Assembly: GCF_000485595.1 (NCBI RefSeq)
Contig: NW_014577073.1
Coordinates: 789,684 to 853,683, forward strand
Direction: 5' to 3'
Length of the DNA: 64,000 nucleotides
Source of the DNA: Priapulus caudatus
Taxonomy: Eukaryota
The notes beneath the pieces were generated by a model, which worked only from the letters and a program-made list of their open reading frames with translations, searched no databases and was not told the origin of the DNA. Positions within the stretch are counted from its first letter, which is position 1. The number at the start of each line of letters is the position of its first letter. The translations under genes were made by a program, and so were the position numbers. Of the stretch, positions 62,655 through 64,000 are shown piece by piece.

Positions 62655-63712
62655 TGGTGAACGTGCCGTGCGTAAATATTCCCGCCAGCCTCTGAGAGAC
62701 ACAGTCGATATGGCGTGCCGCACAGTGCGAGCGACGTACTCGTGCGTAACTATACCCCCAGGCAGCCGTCTGAATGAGAACCAGCGTCGCTGCGCGGGGA
62801 CACTAGGACTGCGCAGTAGAACTGCGCCTTGCGTAATATTCCCACACTGCAGCCTCTGATGAGACAGCAAAGATCAAAAGCGCGGGTACAGCTTATACCA
62901 CTGACGACATGCCTACGACTCGCTACACGGCAAGGCGAGCGCTGGCGACAGCCCGGGCACGCGCCGAAGGCAGTGCTCAAAAACGCGGGAGATTGAGCGT
63001 GAACGTGCCTTCTGATGACAGCACGCGCGCGCGGCGTGAAAGTGCCTATTCCGCAGCCTTGAACAGCGTCAGCCGCCGCCGTTGCGTAATACTTCCCTGG
63101 GTACTGCAGCCTCTGATGAGCACACGCACTACTCGCAGCTAGATCGCTGCGCAGCAGGCACCGCGACAACCCCGTTGCCTGCTATATACGGCCCGCAGCC
63201 TACTGATAGAGACAGATTAGGTCACGCCGGCCACGCGTGAACGTGCCCTGCGTAATATTTCCCGAACAGGCCTGATGAGCAAGCGATACACAGCCGCACG
63301 CGCCCGGCCGTGAACGGTGCCTGCGTATATTCGCCCCCGCAGGCCTCTGATGAGACAGGCGATCGCAGGCGCCACAGCATGCAGGATAGCGGCGTGAGAC
63401 GTACCTGCGTAATATTCCCCGCCAGCCATGACTGAATGAAGGCAGGACGATCCGCCGGAGGGCCGGCCGGGTTAGCATGCCGGTGAAACGTACCTGCGTA
63501 ATATGTTCTCAGCGCAACGCCAATGCCAGATGAGCAGGCGATCACCGCCGCATGTGGTGAAAACGTGCCTGGCGTAAATATTCCCGCAGCCTCTGATGAT
63601 ACAGTGCATCGCGGCGATGAATCGTTGCCTGCGTAAGGGGGTATTACCCGGCAGCCGTCTGATGAGACAGTGGATCGCCGCGCGCATGGAACGTGCTGCG
63701 TATATTCCGACT
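62655..63712. repeat. About 58-bp satellite in indel-rich sequence, about 14 units (another unit at about 61315-61415)
   Basis: Approximate consensus GTGAACGTGCCTGCGTAATATTCCCGCAGCCTCTGATGAGACAGCGATCGCCGCACGC. Confidence 0.8.
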
Positions 63713-64000
63713 GCACACTTGTGGATGCCCAACGGGCGTCGGTACCGGCGCCCATGTGCGAGAAAGTGTCCTCCCCTTCCGATCCTCCCTCCCGGCCTCG
63801 CCTCACCTGCTTACTGTCGCCGGATTCGCAGTCTCACTTCTGCTCTCCTCTTACTCCTTCCTGCTCCCGCTCCTCCTCCTTCTCGCGTCTCAGACCTCCT
63901 CAACGCCCCATATCTCGGCGGCCTGGCTGTATGCGCGTCTGTAGAGTGGCGAAGTTGGTCGGCCAGGACGTCCGAAGACAAAACGGCAAGCGTCGGTTCT

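Noticed and set aside
61100..64000. ORFs in the last 3 kb
   Set aside because: Indel-rich, CT-biased sequence resembling unpolished long reads; upstream RCC1-gene exons may be hidden here but cannot be called.

Overview
Metazoan (invertebrate-type) genomic DNA from a draft assembly, with N gaps, long microsatellites and several noisy stretches that look like long-read gap fill. Four protein-coding genes can be reconstructed by hand. (1) A KLF15-type Kruppel-like factor (+, 3 coding exons, about 341 aa). (2) An orphan class C (mGluR-like) GPCR (-, 6 exons, about 999 aa) with a Venus flytrap domain and 7TM but no cysteine-rich domain. (3) An intronless DNAJC4/DnaJ-60-like J-domain gene (+). (4) The 3' part of an RCC1-repeat gene (-). 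A 3,977-bp block holding GPCR exons 1-2 occurs twice with no difference I could see, possibly an assembly artefact, next to a Helitron remnant. The most striking unexplained structure is a dense population of tiny (30-72 bp) palindromic insertions at about 16 independent sites. They share CA(A/G/T)GAG...CTC(T/C/A)TG-type ends, most are flanked by 7-bp direct repeats of consensus RTANTAY, and they have 15-21-bp arms from at least 8 unrelated sequence families, often with locally templated filler. They best fit fossil excision footprints of many P-superfamily transposon families. Also notable are minisatellites built from E-box or CRE motifs around KLF15, and tandem repeats that duplicate splice sites. 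All coordinates were counted by eye and no database searches were run.
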